IMG/VR virus record: IMGVR_UViG_3300028835_000475
Length of the DNA: 19,855 bases
DNA from: a virus
Strand: one strand, 5' to 3'
In this document: one piece after another, positions 1 to 8,576 of the stretch
Numbering within the stretch: position 1 is the stretch's first letter
Layout of the letters: each line of letters begins with the position of its first letter
The notes under the pieces: generated by a model
What the model was told of the DNA's origin: nothing
The model's database searches: none
The model's input: only the letters and a program-made list of their open reading frames with translations
Position numbers and translations under genes: made by a program

Positions 1-144
1 TAATAGAAACTAATCTTAATCGGATACTACAACAAGGCACTAATGATGCTAGGATACTTAATACCGCAATCTCATTCTCAGATAAAACAAGTAAATTTAT
101 AGTAAAAGAGGAATCAGAAAATAAGGGTTTTGTAGATTATCTAA
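1..144. repeat. Left copy of an exact 144-bp terminal direct repeat (identical to 19712-19855)
   Basis: Read directly: taatagaaactaatcttaatcgg...ggttttgtagattatctaa is present at both contig ends. Unit genome length is 19,711 bp. Confidence 0.95.
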
Positions 145-1304
145 CTATTACGGAAAAATTTACGGATAAACAATTAAATATATTTAATGAAATGATTCGA
201 GATGGTTGGGTTTCATTACTTGGTTCACGTAAGACCGGTAAGACATTCCTAATATCATCTGCAGCTAGTTATTTAGGCTCAAGAAAGACTCTTGAGATTC
301 ATGTTCTTTCAAGCAAAAAGGATACTGCAAGTCATATTATCACTCAAGTCATACAAATTGATGCAGAACATAAACTTAATCTTTTTAAAAGACCTGCAAA
401 AGAGCAAATTATTTTTAATAATAAGACCAGGATAAAAGTTCATTCCAATACTCTAGCGGATACTGGTACGTATGAGGCTGATATTCTTATAATTGATGAG
501 GCTCAAGAAGTCGATGAGTTAGTATGGAGTAAGATCATTCCACAGTTAGCCTCTGGGCGTAAGATGAGAGTATGGATATTTGGTACAGCAAAAGCTGGAA
601 CTCCATTCTATAATTTCTGGTTTGGCCTAAATCCTAAATTTAAGAAATTTGAGTTAGGAATGGAAGATGCTACTTGGGTTAAGGAAGAATCATGGGATGC
701 AATTAAATCCCTAATGTCTGATAGAATGGTTAGACAAGAATTAAGGATGGAATGGATAGAACCAGAGGGTGCATTCTTTAGATCCGAGGATATAGAGGCT
801 GCTTTCGAAGAGTATCCCGAAGGATTTAAAAGAGATTATTTAGAGATTGTTTGTGGTGTAGATTTTGGACTAGGACATGAAACAGTTATGGGAAATATTG
901 CTTATAGAAAAGAACAGATATATGAAATTGAGTCATGGGGTATGTTTAACCCTACAAGTGACATGATTATATCAAAAGTTATAGAATATGGTAATAAATA
1001 TAGTTCTTTATTTATTATGGAAGGATCACCGTTAGGAGGTTTTGTAAGAAGGGATGTAGCGGATTTACATGTTAGATTTAAAACCTCTAACTTTTCGGTT
1101 CATAAAGACAAGTATTGGTTTGCTTTAAGTTTTCTCTTAAATAATCATCTAATACATTTAAAGACTCAGAAATTGAAACAACAACTACTTCAATATGACG
1201 GAACTAAAATTGATGATGATTGGGTTGATATGTTATTACATGCAGCCTATTACTATTTTAATAAATATTATAAAAATAATGAGAAGTGGGTATTTAATAG
1301 ATGA
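1..1304 (+). CDS. terL: Terminase large subunit, C-terminal 434 codons of an ORF that opens at 19405 and crosses the contig junction
   Basis: First full codon starts at base 3, with no in-frame stop from 3 to the TGA at 1302-1304. Walker A LLGSRKTGKT, Walker B DILIIDEAQE, and RNaseH-like nuclease acidic motifs VCGVDFG and DDDWVDMLLHA. The track ORF 192..1304 is only the part after an internal Met. Confidence 0.85.
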   Translation, partial: IETNLNRILQQGTNDARILNTAISFSDKTSKFIVKEESENKGFVDYLTITEKFTDKQLNIFNEMIRDGWVSLLGSRKTGKTFLISSAASYLGSRKTLEIHVLSSKKDTASHIITQVIQIDAEHKLNLFKRPAKEQIIFNNKTRIKVHSNTLADTGTYEADILIIDEAQEVDELVWSKIIPQLASGRKMRVWIFGTAKAGTPFYNFWFGLNPKFKKFELGMEDATWVKEESWDAIKSLMSDRMVRQELRMEWIEPEGAFFRSEDIEAAFEEYPEGFKRDYLEIVCGVDFGLGHETVMGNIAYRKEQIYEIESWGMFNPTSDMIISKVIEYGNKYSSLFIMEGSPLGGFVRRDVADLHVRFKTSNFSVHKDKYWFALSFLLNNHLIHLKTQKLKQQLLQYDGTKIDDDWVDMLLHAAYYYFNKYYKNNEKWVFNR

Positions 1305-1672
1305 GTGAATTTAACGGACCATGGGTTAATACACCGGAATCATCAAATGTACTTAGATTCTGCTATGCTATGGCTAAGTTAATAGTGGACTTCCAAAATG
1401 GGAGTGAATACGCTTATTTCGTTCCTCCTTCTTATTATAAAGGTATGATAATGGCTTCAAGTAAGGGAAGATTTATATGGAATTATTTAAGAAAGGCTAA
1501 TAAACCATATAGATTAATAAGAGGTCCCTTTAAGAAACCTATTGGAGAGGTTCGAAGAGAAGTACCTTATAGGACTGAACCTGGAAGACCGAGAAGAAAG
1601 CTTGAGGAGGAAGTAATGCGGGGCCCCTTTAAAGAAAAGAAAGTTAAATGGGAAGGAGGCGAAGAATGGTAA
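1301..1672 (+). CDS. KTSC-domain protein with a basic, Pro/Arg/Lys-rich C-terminal tail
   Basis: ATGA overlap with the terL stop. SSNVLRFCYAMAKLIVDFQNGSEYAYFVPPSYYKGMIMASSKGRFIWNYLR fits the KTSC pattern (central YxY, SKG, aromatic). Recognised by eye only. Confidence 0.6.
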   Translation: MSEFNGPWVNTPESSNVLRFCYAMAKLIVDFQNGSEYAYFVPPSYYKGMIMASSKGRFIWNYLRKANKPYRLIRGPFKKPIGEVRREVPYRTEPGRPRRKLEEEVMRGPFKEKKVKWEGGEEW

Positions 1673-1858
1673 ATGGGTAAAATAGAAGGTAAGTTCCAAA
1701 TCACTTTAATCGTAAAGGAGTTTGTTGATACTAGTGAAAATATAGAGATACAACCAATAGCAGACTATCAAGAATTTTGTTGGGGTTGGGATGATGCCAA
1801 AGAATCTATTAATTTCTTAATTAAAAGAATAGAGGATAAGCTTAATGGGATTTCTTAA
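1673..1858 (+). CDS. Hypothetical 61-aa protein
   Basis: ATG directly abuts the upstream TAA, the gene is co-oriented within the late operon, and its end overlaps the portal start. Confidence 0.5.
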   Translation: MGKIEGKFQITLIVKEFVDTSENIEIQPIADYQEFCWGWDDAKESINFLIKRIEDKLNGIS

Positions 1859-2990
1859 TCGAGATAAAACGGGTAAATATGCTGAGAATAAATATATACC
1901 ATCTCTATTAAAGATGGGTGCGGTTGATTATTCTAAGCCTGAGCATAGGGTAGCGAGACTTGATGAAGACCCAATTGCCGGCAATCTAGTTCTAAAGACC
2001 GCAGAATTGATTACAGCAAGACCTCCTATATTTCTTGATGAGAATGATAATGAACTCGATGAAACAAGGAATACATGGGAGGATAATCAATATAATAAGT
2101 TATTGAAGGAAGGTATTGAATCAACCCGAACACACGGTTATATTGTCTTAGAGCCTCTTAAAAAGCCTATAGATGATAGGGCCTGGATAATCCATGATTC
2201 ATCCGATATTCAAAAAATAAGATATAAGGACCTGAAAATAGAATCCTATACTATCTTGCCTAAACTTGAGGGGGGAATTGAGACTTCAATTGTCAGTGCA
2301 CCAGTTACAAGGGAATTATCACCTGAAGAAATTATTCATTATTATGTCGGTAGATATGATAGATCACTACAAGGATTGGGGATTATAAGAAGATGTTGGC
2401 ATGCTTTAGTTAGATTTACAGAAATATTTGAGTCTATGGCCATGTATGATTCAAGGATAGGAAATGGGATCTTATTAATTATTGTAGATCCAGAGCAATA
2501 TACTGCAGAATTAAATTCATTACATACCGCTGTGCGAAACCTTAACAATCGTAGGTATATGATTCTAAAGACCAGTGCAGAAGGGAACCCCCCAGACATG
2601 AAGTTCTTAGGCTCTACTGCTCCAATTGATTTCTCTACAGATTTAGAGACTTGCCTAAAGATTATTGCCGGTGCGAGTGGTTTTCCAGTTAGGTATCTTA
2701 TTGGAGATCCTAAGGGTGCCCTAAGTGCCGCAGGAGAGGATACAATTGCAGTATGGGAGAATCTTAAATCTATATTTGGAGAGTATAAAGATTTTATTAG
2801 AAAAGTTATTTCTTGGCAAGAAGATGGAGAAGCCTTAAATGAAAAGATTGCCAAGATTGAATTTGACGATGGCGGGCACCTTCCCGAAGCGGGAGAATTG
2901 CCCAAATCAGAAGAAGAGGGGGATGAATTAGACTCCCTTACTCCTATTGATATTATTAGACAACAAAAACAATTAAGAGGGATAAAATAA
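1845..2990 (+). CDS. Putative portal protein (381 aa)
   Basis: Canonical position between terminase and scaffold/capsid genes, suitable size, acidic C-terminus. No motif-level confirmation is possible by eye. Confidence 0.6.
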   Translation: MGFLNRDKTGKYAENKYIPSLLKMGAVDYSKPEHRVARLDEDPIAGNLVLKTAELITARPPIFLDENDNELDETRNTWEDNQYNKLLKEGIESTRTHGYIVLEPLKKPIDDRAWIIHDSSDIQKIRYKDLKIESYTILPKLEGGIETSIVSAPVTRELSPEEIIHYYVGRYDRSLQGLGIIRRCWHALVRFTEIFESMAMYDSRIGNGILLIIVDPEQYTAELNSLHTAVRNLNNRRYMILKTSAEGNPPDMKFLGSTAPIDFSTDLETCLKIIAGASGFPVRYLIGDPKGALSAAGEDTIAVWENLKSIFGEYKDFIRKVISWQEDGEALNEKIAKIEFDDGGHLPEAGELPKSEEEGDELDSLTPIDIIRQQKQLRGIK

Positions 2991-2992
2991 GA

Positions 2993-3403
2993 ATGAGTGA
3001 AGATAAAATTGAGCCGGATAAGACCAAGCCAGAACCGCCACCTGAGGCGGAGAGGGATGATAAAGGCAAGTTCAAGAAGAAAGAACCGACACCTCCAGAG
3101 GAGCCCGAAAAGAAGGAGGAACCCGAAGTCCCTAAAGCCCCTAGTGATGAGGATTATAAAAAACAAATCGAAACTTTAAATAAAGAATTGACGGGATTAA
3201 GAAACTTTAAGGCAAATAGAATGAAGGAGATTGATGATTATGAGGCAAGACTAAAGGCACAGCGAACTAAAGAGGATCAGAAACTAAAGGGGTTTAAAGA
3301 AGAAAAGAAATCCGAAGGCGATCAAACTGTAATCCCGCCATTATATAAAAAAATGTCTTTTGGAAATCTAACAGAAACATCTAAAAAAATGAGGAAAAAA
3401 TAA
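2993..3403 (+). CDS. Putative scaffolding protein (136 aa)
   Basis: Lies between portal and capsid genes. Pro/Glu/Lys-rich disordered N-terminus followed by a charged coiled-coil-like segment (IETLNKELTGLRNFKANRMKEIDDYEARLKAQR). Confidence 0.55.
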   Translation: MSEDKIEPDKTKPEPPPEAERDDKGKFKKKEPTPPEEPEKKEEPEVPKAPSDEDYKKQIETLNKELTGLRNFKANRMKEIDDYEARLKAQRTKEDQKLKGFKEEKKSEGDQTVIPPLYKKMSFGNLTETSKKMRKK

Positions 3404-3473
3404 TGAGTATTAATTATAGGGAGACGACAGCCCTTAAACCCACGATGGGAGCAAAATATAAAAGAGAATTATT

Positions 3474-3887
3474 ATGGCAAACACAAAAATCAAAGATGTA
3501 GCTAATAAAATACCGTTAGGAGGTAATATGTTCGCAGAAGGATTAATACTTGGCGAAGCTATGAAAGCCGGAACCGGAGTCTATAAGTCCAATGCTACGA
3601 CAATTATGAAATGTGACGATCCAGAGATTTGTCTTGGAGTCTTAAAAGAGCATGAAGAATTTGATCTTGATACGGAAATAACAGCGGGAAAAAGAGGAGA
3701 TGTAGTTACTAAAGGAAATGTTGCAGCATTTATATTTCAAGATGGCGTTCATTATGCGGGATCTAATTACATGGCAGCTCAATTCGCAGCAGGTAAGTTT
3801 AGAGCTTCCGGAGGTGTTGGTTCGACGGCAAAACTCCTTAAAGACATTGCTGCTGATGATGATGTTGCCATTCTAAGAATTCTCTAA
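3474..3887 (+). CDS. Putative capsid decoration/cement protein, paralog 1 (DUF2190-like, 137 aa)
   Basis: Immediately upstream of the capsid gene. Shares GV[LM]KEHEEFDLDT[ED]ITA[GA]K.GD[VI]V..G and the 5' leader with the next gene. Gly/Ala/Val-rich small beta-protein pattern. Confidence 0.5.
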   Translation: MANTKIKDVANKIPLGGNMFAEGLILGEAMKAGTGVYKSNATTIMKCDDPEICLGVLKEHEEFDLDTEITAGKRGDVVTKGNVAAFIFQDGVHYAGSNYMAAQFAAGKFRASGGVGSTAKLLKDIAADDDVAILRIL

Positions 3888-3902
3888 TGAGATGAGATTA
3901 TT

Positions 3903-4316
3903 ATGGCAAATACAAGTATTAGTGTTATATCTGAGGGAGGAGTAGCATTAGGAGAAAATAAGTTCAAAGAATCCCTATTATTACATGAAGCTATTAAGGC
4001 GGGAGAGGTTGTAAAAATAACTGCAAACGGATTAGAATTAGTTAATCTTGATGCGAATTTCTCGGGTGTAATGAAAGAACATGAGGAATTCGATTTGGAT
4101 ACTGATATTACAGCTGCAAAATATGGAGATATAGTCTCGGAAGGATATTGTGCAATATTTATTGAAAATCCTGCCGGTACTTATTATCCTGGTACATTTC
4201 TTTATAAAGGATTAGGAGGACGTATGTGTGTTACAGCAATGGGATCTCCATGGGCAATATTGGAGAGAACAATAGTTACTGGGGATCTCGTAGCCATAGT
4301 TAAACTCTTGAGGTAA
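3903..4316 (+). CDS. Putative capsid decoration/cement protein, paralog 2 (137 aa)
   Basis: Same length as 3474..3887, with a conserved core and a conserved start region (gaRattattATGGCAAAYACAA). Confidence 0.5.
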   Translation: MANTSISVISEGGVALGENKFKESLLLHEAIKAGEVVKITANGLELVNLDANFSGVMKEHEEFDLDTDITAAKYGDIVSEGYCAIFIENPAGTYYPGTFLYKGLGGRMCVTAMGSPWAILERTIVTGDLVAIVKLLR

Positions 4317-4321
4317 TCATC

Positions 4322-5269
4322 ATGGTAGAAATTAAAGGTGTAACAGAAAGAGAATGGAAAGGGATCGATAAACAAGTAGCTCAATTAATGCGGGAGCCTA
4401 TTGTATATCAAAATCTTCCAAGTGGTATGCAAGTAGGCAAGGGTAAAAACAAAGCAGAGTATTATCAAGCAACCGATGTCTTTTATGTAAATGAGGGTAA
4501 AAGATTTGCGTATGAAGATAGAAATGTCGGATCAAGAAAAGTAAGGGATAATGCAATTACTTATTTAACACTACCAATTCATATTGATGAGAAGGATATT
4601 GATGCCACAAGTGGTGAGGGTATCACTCCTCTATTAGTCACACATGAGATTGAATGTAGAGCTAAGATGCAAGAGAGAATCCAACACATTATCCTTCATG
4701 GAAGTGATCATTCTGGTGGTCGTGGTATCTGTACTTTTCAACAAGATGAGGAAGATGCCTATGAATTTGATGCTACTTTAACATGGACGACTACTGGTCA
4801 ATTTAGTTTAGAAGTAGACATAGCAAGAGGTCTTTTAAGAGCAGCCCATATAATGCCCCCATATAAATTATGGATGACTCCAGGTATTCAGCCAGAATTA
4901 AGAGGACTCTTCAATGCAGTAAGCGGAGCTTCTGATTGGAAAACCCTTTTAATGGATTGGATGAATTTTGGTGTAGTTACTGGTGAGAAAGGAGCAGAAC
5001 CATTTATTCCGACAATTGATCAGATTGTAGAAACCGATGCACTTTATGACGGAACTTTATCCACTTCGGAACAAGCCTTTCTATTATGGAAGGATGATGT
5101 TAATTGTAATTATGTGGCAGAAGCCTATCCTATCCACAGAGCAAATATTCCAAATAAACCATTTGAAGGTGATATCGATTATGCACTTCGATGGGCGGGA
5201 TGTTTCATTCCTAAAAATCCTAAGGGTGCAGTCTGTGTCGGCTCAGGTGATACAACTACAGCATACTAA
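4322..5269 (+). CDS. Major capsid protein, HK97-fold type (315 aa)
   Basis: Position after scaffold and decoration genes, SD GAGGTAATCATC before the ATG, and a strong terminator after it. The N-terminal TEREWKGIDKQVAQLMREPIVYQNL resembles the encapsulin/HK97-family N-terminal pattern, from memory only. Confidence 0.65.
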   Translation: MVEIKGVTEREWKGIDKQVAQLMREPIVYQNLPSGMQVGKGKNKAEYYQATDVFYVNEGKRFAYEDRNVGSRKVRDNAITYLTLPIHIDEKDIDATSGEGITPLLVTHEIECRAKMQERIQHIILHGSDHSGGRGICTFQQDEEDAYEFDATLTWTTTGQFSLEVDIARGLLRAAHIMPPYKLWMTPGIQPELRGLFNAVSGASDWKTLLMDWMNFGVVTGEKGAEPFIPTIDQIVETDALYDGTLSTSEQAFLLWKDDVNCNYVAEAYPIHRANIPNKPFEGDIDYALRWAGCFIPKNPKGAVCVGSGDTTTAY

Positions 5270-5282
5270 GAGTACTAATTAA

Positions 5283-5316
5283 ATAGTGGTTTGAGAGCCA
5301 CTATAAATTTTTTTTT
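5283..5316 (+). terminator. Hairpin plus T9 terminator after the capsid gene
   Basis: 7-bp stem atagtgg (5283-5289) / ccactat (5298-5304), 8-nt loop, then aaa and ttttttttt (5308-5316). Confidence 0.7.
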
Positions 5317-5372
5317 AATTCTCAAATTTTAATTAAAAATTAATTCAAATAAAAAAGATGTGATAAAAAAAA

Positions 5373-5834
5373 ATGACAAATAGATCAGATTTAGATAAAT
5401 GTTGTGCCCAAATTGAACTTGTGAAACAATTACTTGGACCTGAGACTTTTAATCTTGATAAAATATTAATAGAACTTGAAACCAAGAAAAAACTTTTAAT
5501 GACATTTAAACCAAGAAGTTATCATAATATCCTTGAAGATTTAGAATCTGGTGCAATTATACATCCTGGAGATTGGGTAAAAGAACCTGAGGCGACTGAA
5601 TCACCAGAAGAGATTAAGAAACTTTTAGAGACAAGACAGGCTAAAGCTGAAGAAATACGATTAGCAAAAGAGGTTCCAGAAGAACCTAAGATTACCGCAA
5701 AAGCCAAGAAAGAAATCGAAGAGAAAGCACTAGCAGAGAAGGAACTTCAAGATGCAAAAGACAAATTAGCAGAATTAGAAGCCTTAAAAGAGTTGGAGAA
5801 AGAAGAGGTACCTATAGAAGAAAAAGGTGAGTAG
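5373..5834 (+). CDS. Hypothetical Glu/Lys-rich coiled-coil protein (153 aa)
   Basis: SD GTGAT plus an A-run before the ATG. The C-terminal half is heptad-like and charged (AKAEEIRLAKE...LAELEALKELEKEE). Confidence 0.6.
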   Translation: MTNRSDLDKCCAQIELVKQLLGPETFNLDKILIELETKKKLLMTFKPRSYHNILEDLESGAIIHPGDWVKEPEATESPEEIKKLLETRQAKAEEIRLAKEVPEEPKITAKAKKEIEEKALAEKELQDAKDKLAELEALKELEKEEVPIEEKGE

Positions 5835-6226
5835 TTATAGCATCAGGTGGCTATGGGCATGAGACAACTTGGGAGAGCATTTGGAAGATAGAGGCTTCTG
5901 AGGTAGATTCTACTAGGTTTGGGCATATAAATGCCTATATAGGAGAGCAATTTAATTTCTATATTACAGGTGATGGTGGGACTGATATTACAGATACAAA
6001 AATCACAGGTATGTTAAAATCTCAAACTCATGCTCTTATATTCGAATTATATCTTACCTCGAAAGCGGGTAAGTTTCATTCATGGGATAATATATTTATC
6101 CACTTATTACAAATTGATTTTAAAGATCGTTATTTTAACTTAATTAAACAAGCTAGAGAAATCTTATCCGGAAATTTAAGAGTTATATCCGGAGAGTGGG
6201 AATCAAAAAAATTCGATTATGGGTGA
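5834..6226 (+). CDS. Hypothetical structural protein (~130 aa) with a probable non-canonical start (GTT 5834 or ATA 5837)
   Basis: The frame is open from 5831, but the first ATG/GTG/TTG is at 6011. SD GGTGA at 5826-5830 sits 3-6 nt before GTT/ATA. The 60 upstream codons look coding (VIASGGYGHETTWESIWKIEASEVDSTRFGHINAYIGEQFNFYITGDGGTDITDTKITG). Confidence 0.5.
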   Translation, partial: VIASGGYGHETTWESIWKIEASEVDSTRFGHINAYIGEQFNFYITGDGGTDITDTKITGMLKSQTHALIFELYLTSKAGKFHSWDNIFIHLLQIDFKDRYFNLIKQAREILSGNLRVISGEWESKKFDYG

Positions 6227-6230
6227 TTGA

Positions 6231-7238
6231 ATGGTTAATGACTTCTATACTGCCGATAAAGCTCATTTGCTTAAAGCCCTTAAGATGGCTACTTGGAGAC
6301 ATACTAATGCTAAACTACAAGCAGCGGAAGTCCAAGGCATAGACGAATATATAGCCGGAAGGTTATTTGAACCTATAGGCTTAACAGCCCCTTTAGCTAC
6401 GGGAGCAAGTTATTTACCAAAATTTAAAACTACCCAATATTTACCAGGTACTTGGGACGAATATTTATATTTCCAAACAGCTATGAATTTATATCCCGCA
6501 ATGGGAATATGCTCTACTACAGAAGCAACTCCGAATATTCATGATATAACTTTAAGAACTGGTCAAACCCCTACTAATCAAGGAAGACATTGGGAGAGGG
6601 AGAATCCCGTTAGTGCAGAAAGTGAAAGAATTGATATACTTGGAATGATGTTGAATTCATTGCATATTGAATGTTCAGAAGCATCCCAAATCGCAGTTCA
6701 GCATAATAAATGGGGTTGTTCTTATACCAAAAATACTGGTACTGATGATATTGCTGCTGCCACACTAACGGATAGACCTTTTAGATGGGAAGATTTCGCA
6801 TTTCCCACATTCACATACAATGGTGAGACGATAGAAGCCACTATTATAGGCTGGGCTTATGATGTAGTGAATACATTATATTTTACGGGATTAGATACAA
6901 CTAAGCGTTATTCTATAGGAAAGATTATTCCTTTAACTTATATAGTAACTACTCTCGAGACTACACCATTTGGCCATAATGTATATGAGTTAATAAGAAC
7001 CGATCTTGAAGATTATCTTACTGATGTAGATTTGGTAGTTAAAACCTCACGTAATACCACTACAGATTATGTTCAATGGACTCATGATAAAGTTTATTGC
7101 CAACCATTCGTTATTACTGCCGAGAAGGCTCCTGGGAGGGTGGAGAAATATTTACTTGTATTGAGTCAATTGAGTACGGGATCTATTGCTATTCAGGCAA
7201 AGGATCAATATAATAATAATTATTACGAGAATCCCTAG
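6231..7238 (+). CDS. Putative tail structural protein, possibly tail tube or adaptor (335 aa)
   Basis: SD GGGTGATTGA before the ATG and a position downstream of the head genes. No diagnostic motif. Confidence 0.4.
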   Translation: MVNDFYTADKAHLLKALKMATWRHTNAKLQAAEVQGIDEYIAGRLFEPIGLTAPLATGASYLPKFKTTQYLPGTWDEYLYFQTAMNLYPAMGICSTTEATPNIHDITLRTGQTPTNQGRHWERENPVSAESERIDILGMMLNSLHIECSEASQIAVQHNKWGCSYTKNTGTDDIAAATLTDRPFRWEDFAFPTFTYNGETIEATIIGWAYDVVNTLYFTGLDTTKRYSIGKIIPLTYIVTTLETTPFGHNVYELIRTDLEDYLTDVDLVVKTSRNTTTDYVQWTHDKVYCQPFVITAEKAPGRVEKYLLVLSQLSTGSIAIQAKDQYNNNYYENP

Positions 7239-7246
7239 GTGATAAT

Positions 7247-8017
7247 ATGTTTAGAAGAGAAGCTGATATTGAGGGAGGAAGGACTATTTATGGAAGAGAG
7301 TATATTAGTGCCCTTCAAAATAGGAATAAGACTAATCTCTTGGAGACATTAGGATCTGCACCCCTTATTGTAGAGGAGCTTATTCCGGAGGATTCTGAGT
7401 CTAGATATATAAGGGACCAAATGACTAAATCTCTTAGAAGAGGCGGAGCCTGGTTAATGGGTATGAGTGGCCTTAATAGAATTGCCGGTGGTTTATTACA
7501 GATAGCTCAACAATCTCAGAATAGATTTATGAGTAGAATTGAATATGAATTGCAATCTCTTTTTCTTCCACTGCAAGGATTTACTAGGGATATATTATTT
7601 CAATATGAATCATTTACTACTCAATATCGGACAGGCTCAGGACTCGGGGGTTTTGTTGGTTCCGTAATTGGATACTATTATCTAGGTCCAGTAGGAGCTC
7701 AATTATTGGGAGGACTCGGGTCTTTGGTTGGGGGTGCATTTGAGAGAGAAATCACGAGGGGAGGGGACCCAAGAGACCCAATATCGGGAGCCCCTTACGA
7801 AGCTGATTGGATTGAAGATTTGTTAGGACCCCCTCCTGATGGAAGGGATGAACGCGATCCAACTGGAGGCTTACCAGATATTACATTTGTAAGAGGAACT
7901 ATAACAATTCCGGGAGAGGTCATTGGAAGTGAGCATCGAAGACAGAGGAGGTTAGGTTTGAGAGTCATGGGGGAAATAAGTAGAACAGAAGGAACTATAT
8001 CGAGGAGGATAATATAA
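7247..8017 (+). CDS. Putative tape-measure-like or ejection protein with a glycine-zipper hydrophobic segment (256 aa)
   Basis: SD AGGTGATAAT before the ATG. GSGLGGFVGSVIGYYYLGPVGAQLLGGLGSLVGGAF contains GxxxG repeats. Locally higher GC. Confidence 0.4.
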   Translation: MFRREADIEGGRTIYGREYISALQNRNKTNLLETLGSAPLIVEELIPEDSESRYIRDQMTKSLRRGGAWLMGMSGLNRIAGGLLQIAQQSQNRFMSRIEYELQSLFLPLQGFTRDILFQYESFTTQYRTGSGLGGFVGSVIGYYYLGPVGAQLLGGLGSLVGGAFEREITRGGDPRDPISGAPYEADWIEDLLGPPPDGRDERDPTGGLPDITFVRGTITIPGEVIGSEHRRQRRLGLRVMGEISRTEGTISRRII

Positions 8018-8568
8018 TGGCCGGAGAAGTATTACTGAAGAATAATAGTAGTACAGGCTTCTATCTCTGTATTGAGAATAATAATGGTATTGCCAATAAT
8101 ACCCCTGGAGAAATTAAATTAGGTGGAGATACTGGTTTAGTATTAGGTACCGGATATATGTATTTTGATGATTTTATTAGTTTAGAATCATATGCTAGCA
8201 CTCCTACGAATGATGCTATGATAGGGTGGTCTTTTATTCAACATGGAACCATTTATCTAAAAACAAATGCTCAAACAGGTCAAGCCAAATTCACAAGTCT
8301 TTTATTAGCAGTTCACGCAACTGCGACACAGCAACAAAACTTTGAGAGATTCTTTGATGCACATCAAGCAGTTTCCACGTATCAATTATACGCTATTAGG
8401 CAATGGGCTTCCGAGACATTTAGGCAATTCTCTTATAATGCTACTTTATATAAATATATTGCCGTGATATTGAACGGTTATACTGTCATAGAGACAAATA
8501 GAGAAGGAAAGGATGTACAAACCTTAAAGGTTCAAATGATTCATTCATATAGAACAAATACACCATAG
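8017..8568 (+). CDS. Putative distal tail or baseplate protein (183 aa)
   Basis: TAATG overlap with the upstream gene. Its position before the large fibre gene matches the siphovirus TMP-Dit-Tal order. Positional evidence only. Confidence 0.35.
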   Translation: MAGEVLLKNNSSTGFYLCIENNNGIANNTPGEIKLGGDTGLVLGTGYMYFDDFISLESYASTPTNDAMIGWSFIQHGTIYLKTNAQTGQAKFTSLLLAVHATATQQQNFERFFDAHQAVSTYQLYAIRQWASETFRQFSYNATLYKYIAVILNGYTVIETNREGKDVQTLKVQMIHSYRTNTP

Positions 8569-8576
8569 GTGATTAA

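Noticed and set aside
1514-1699. 61-aa antisense ORF inside the KTSC-domain gene
   Set aside because: Antisense to a gene in a tightly coupled operon, low-complexity Phe/Ser-rich product, no SD.
2342-3166. 274-aa ORF antisense to the portal C-terminus and scaffold N-terminus
   Set aside because: The product is low-complexity and Leu/Phe/Ser/Arg-rich. The sense strand here is purine-rich (GAA/AAG codons), which removes stop codons from the antisense strand by composition. It also fully overlaps well-supported co-oriented structural genes.
2997-3179. 60-aa alternative-frame ORF within the scaffold gene
   Set aside because: Arg/Lys-rich read-through of a purine-rich region in the wrong frame. 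The scaffold frame is the one with correct junctions to its neighbours.
3403-3501. 32-aa ORF (MSINYRETTALKPTMGAKYKRELLWQTQKSKM) with a TAATG overlap to the scaffold stop
   Set aside because: It runs across the start of the first decoration-like gene in another frame. It is very short and cannot be evaluated by eye. The TAATG overlap leaves it as a weak possibility.
4202-4384. 60-aa antisense ORF across the decoration/capsid junction
   Set aside because: Antisense to two supported genes and spans their intergenic SD.
5037-5282. 81-aa alternative-frame ORF inside the capsid gene
   Set aside because: Fully nested out of frame in the capsid gene, with no independent start signal.
5522-5707. 61-aa antisense ORF within the coiled-coil gene
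   Set aside because: An artefact of a purine-rich sense strand. Ser/Ala-rich low-complexity product.
5813-5834. Programmed -1 frameshift at GAAGAAAAAGG joining 5373..5834 to the downstream frame
   Set aside because: The -1 frame has a TGA at 5828-5830, immediately after the A-run, so slippage there would terminate. The downstream frame opens only at 5831.
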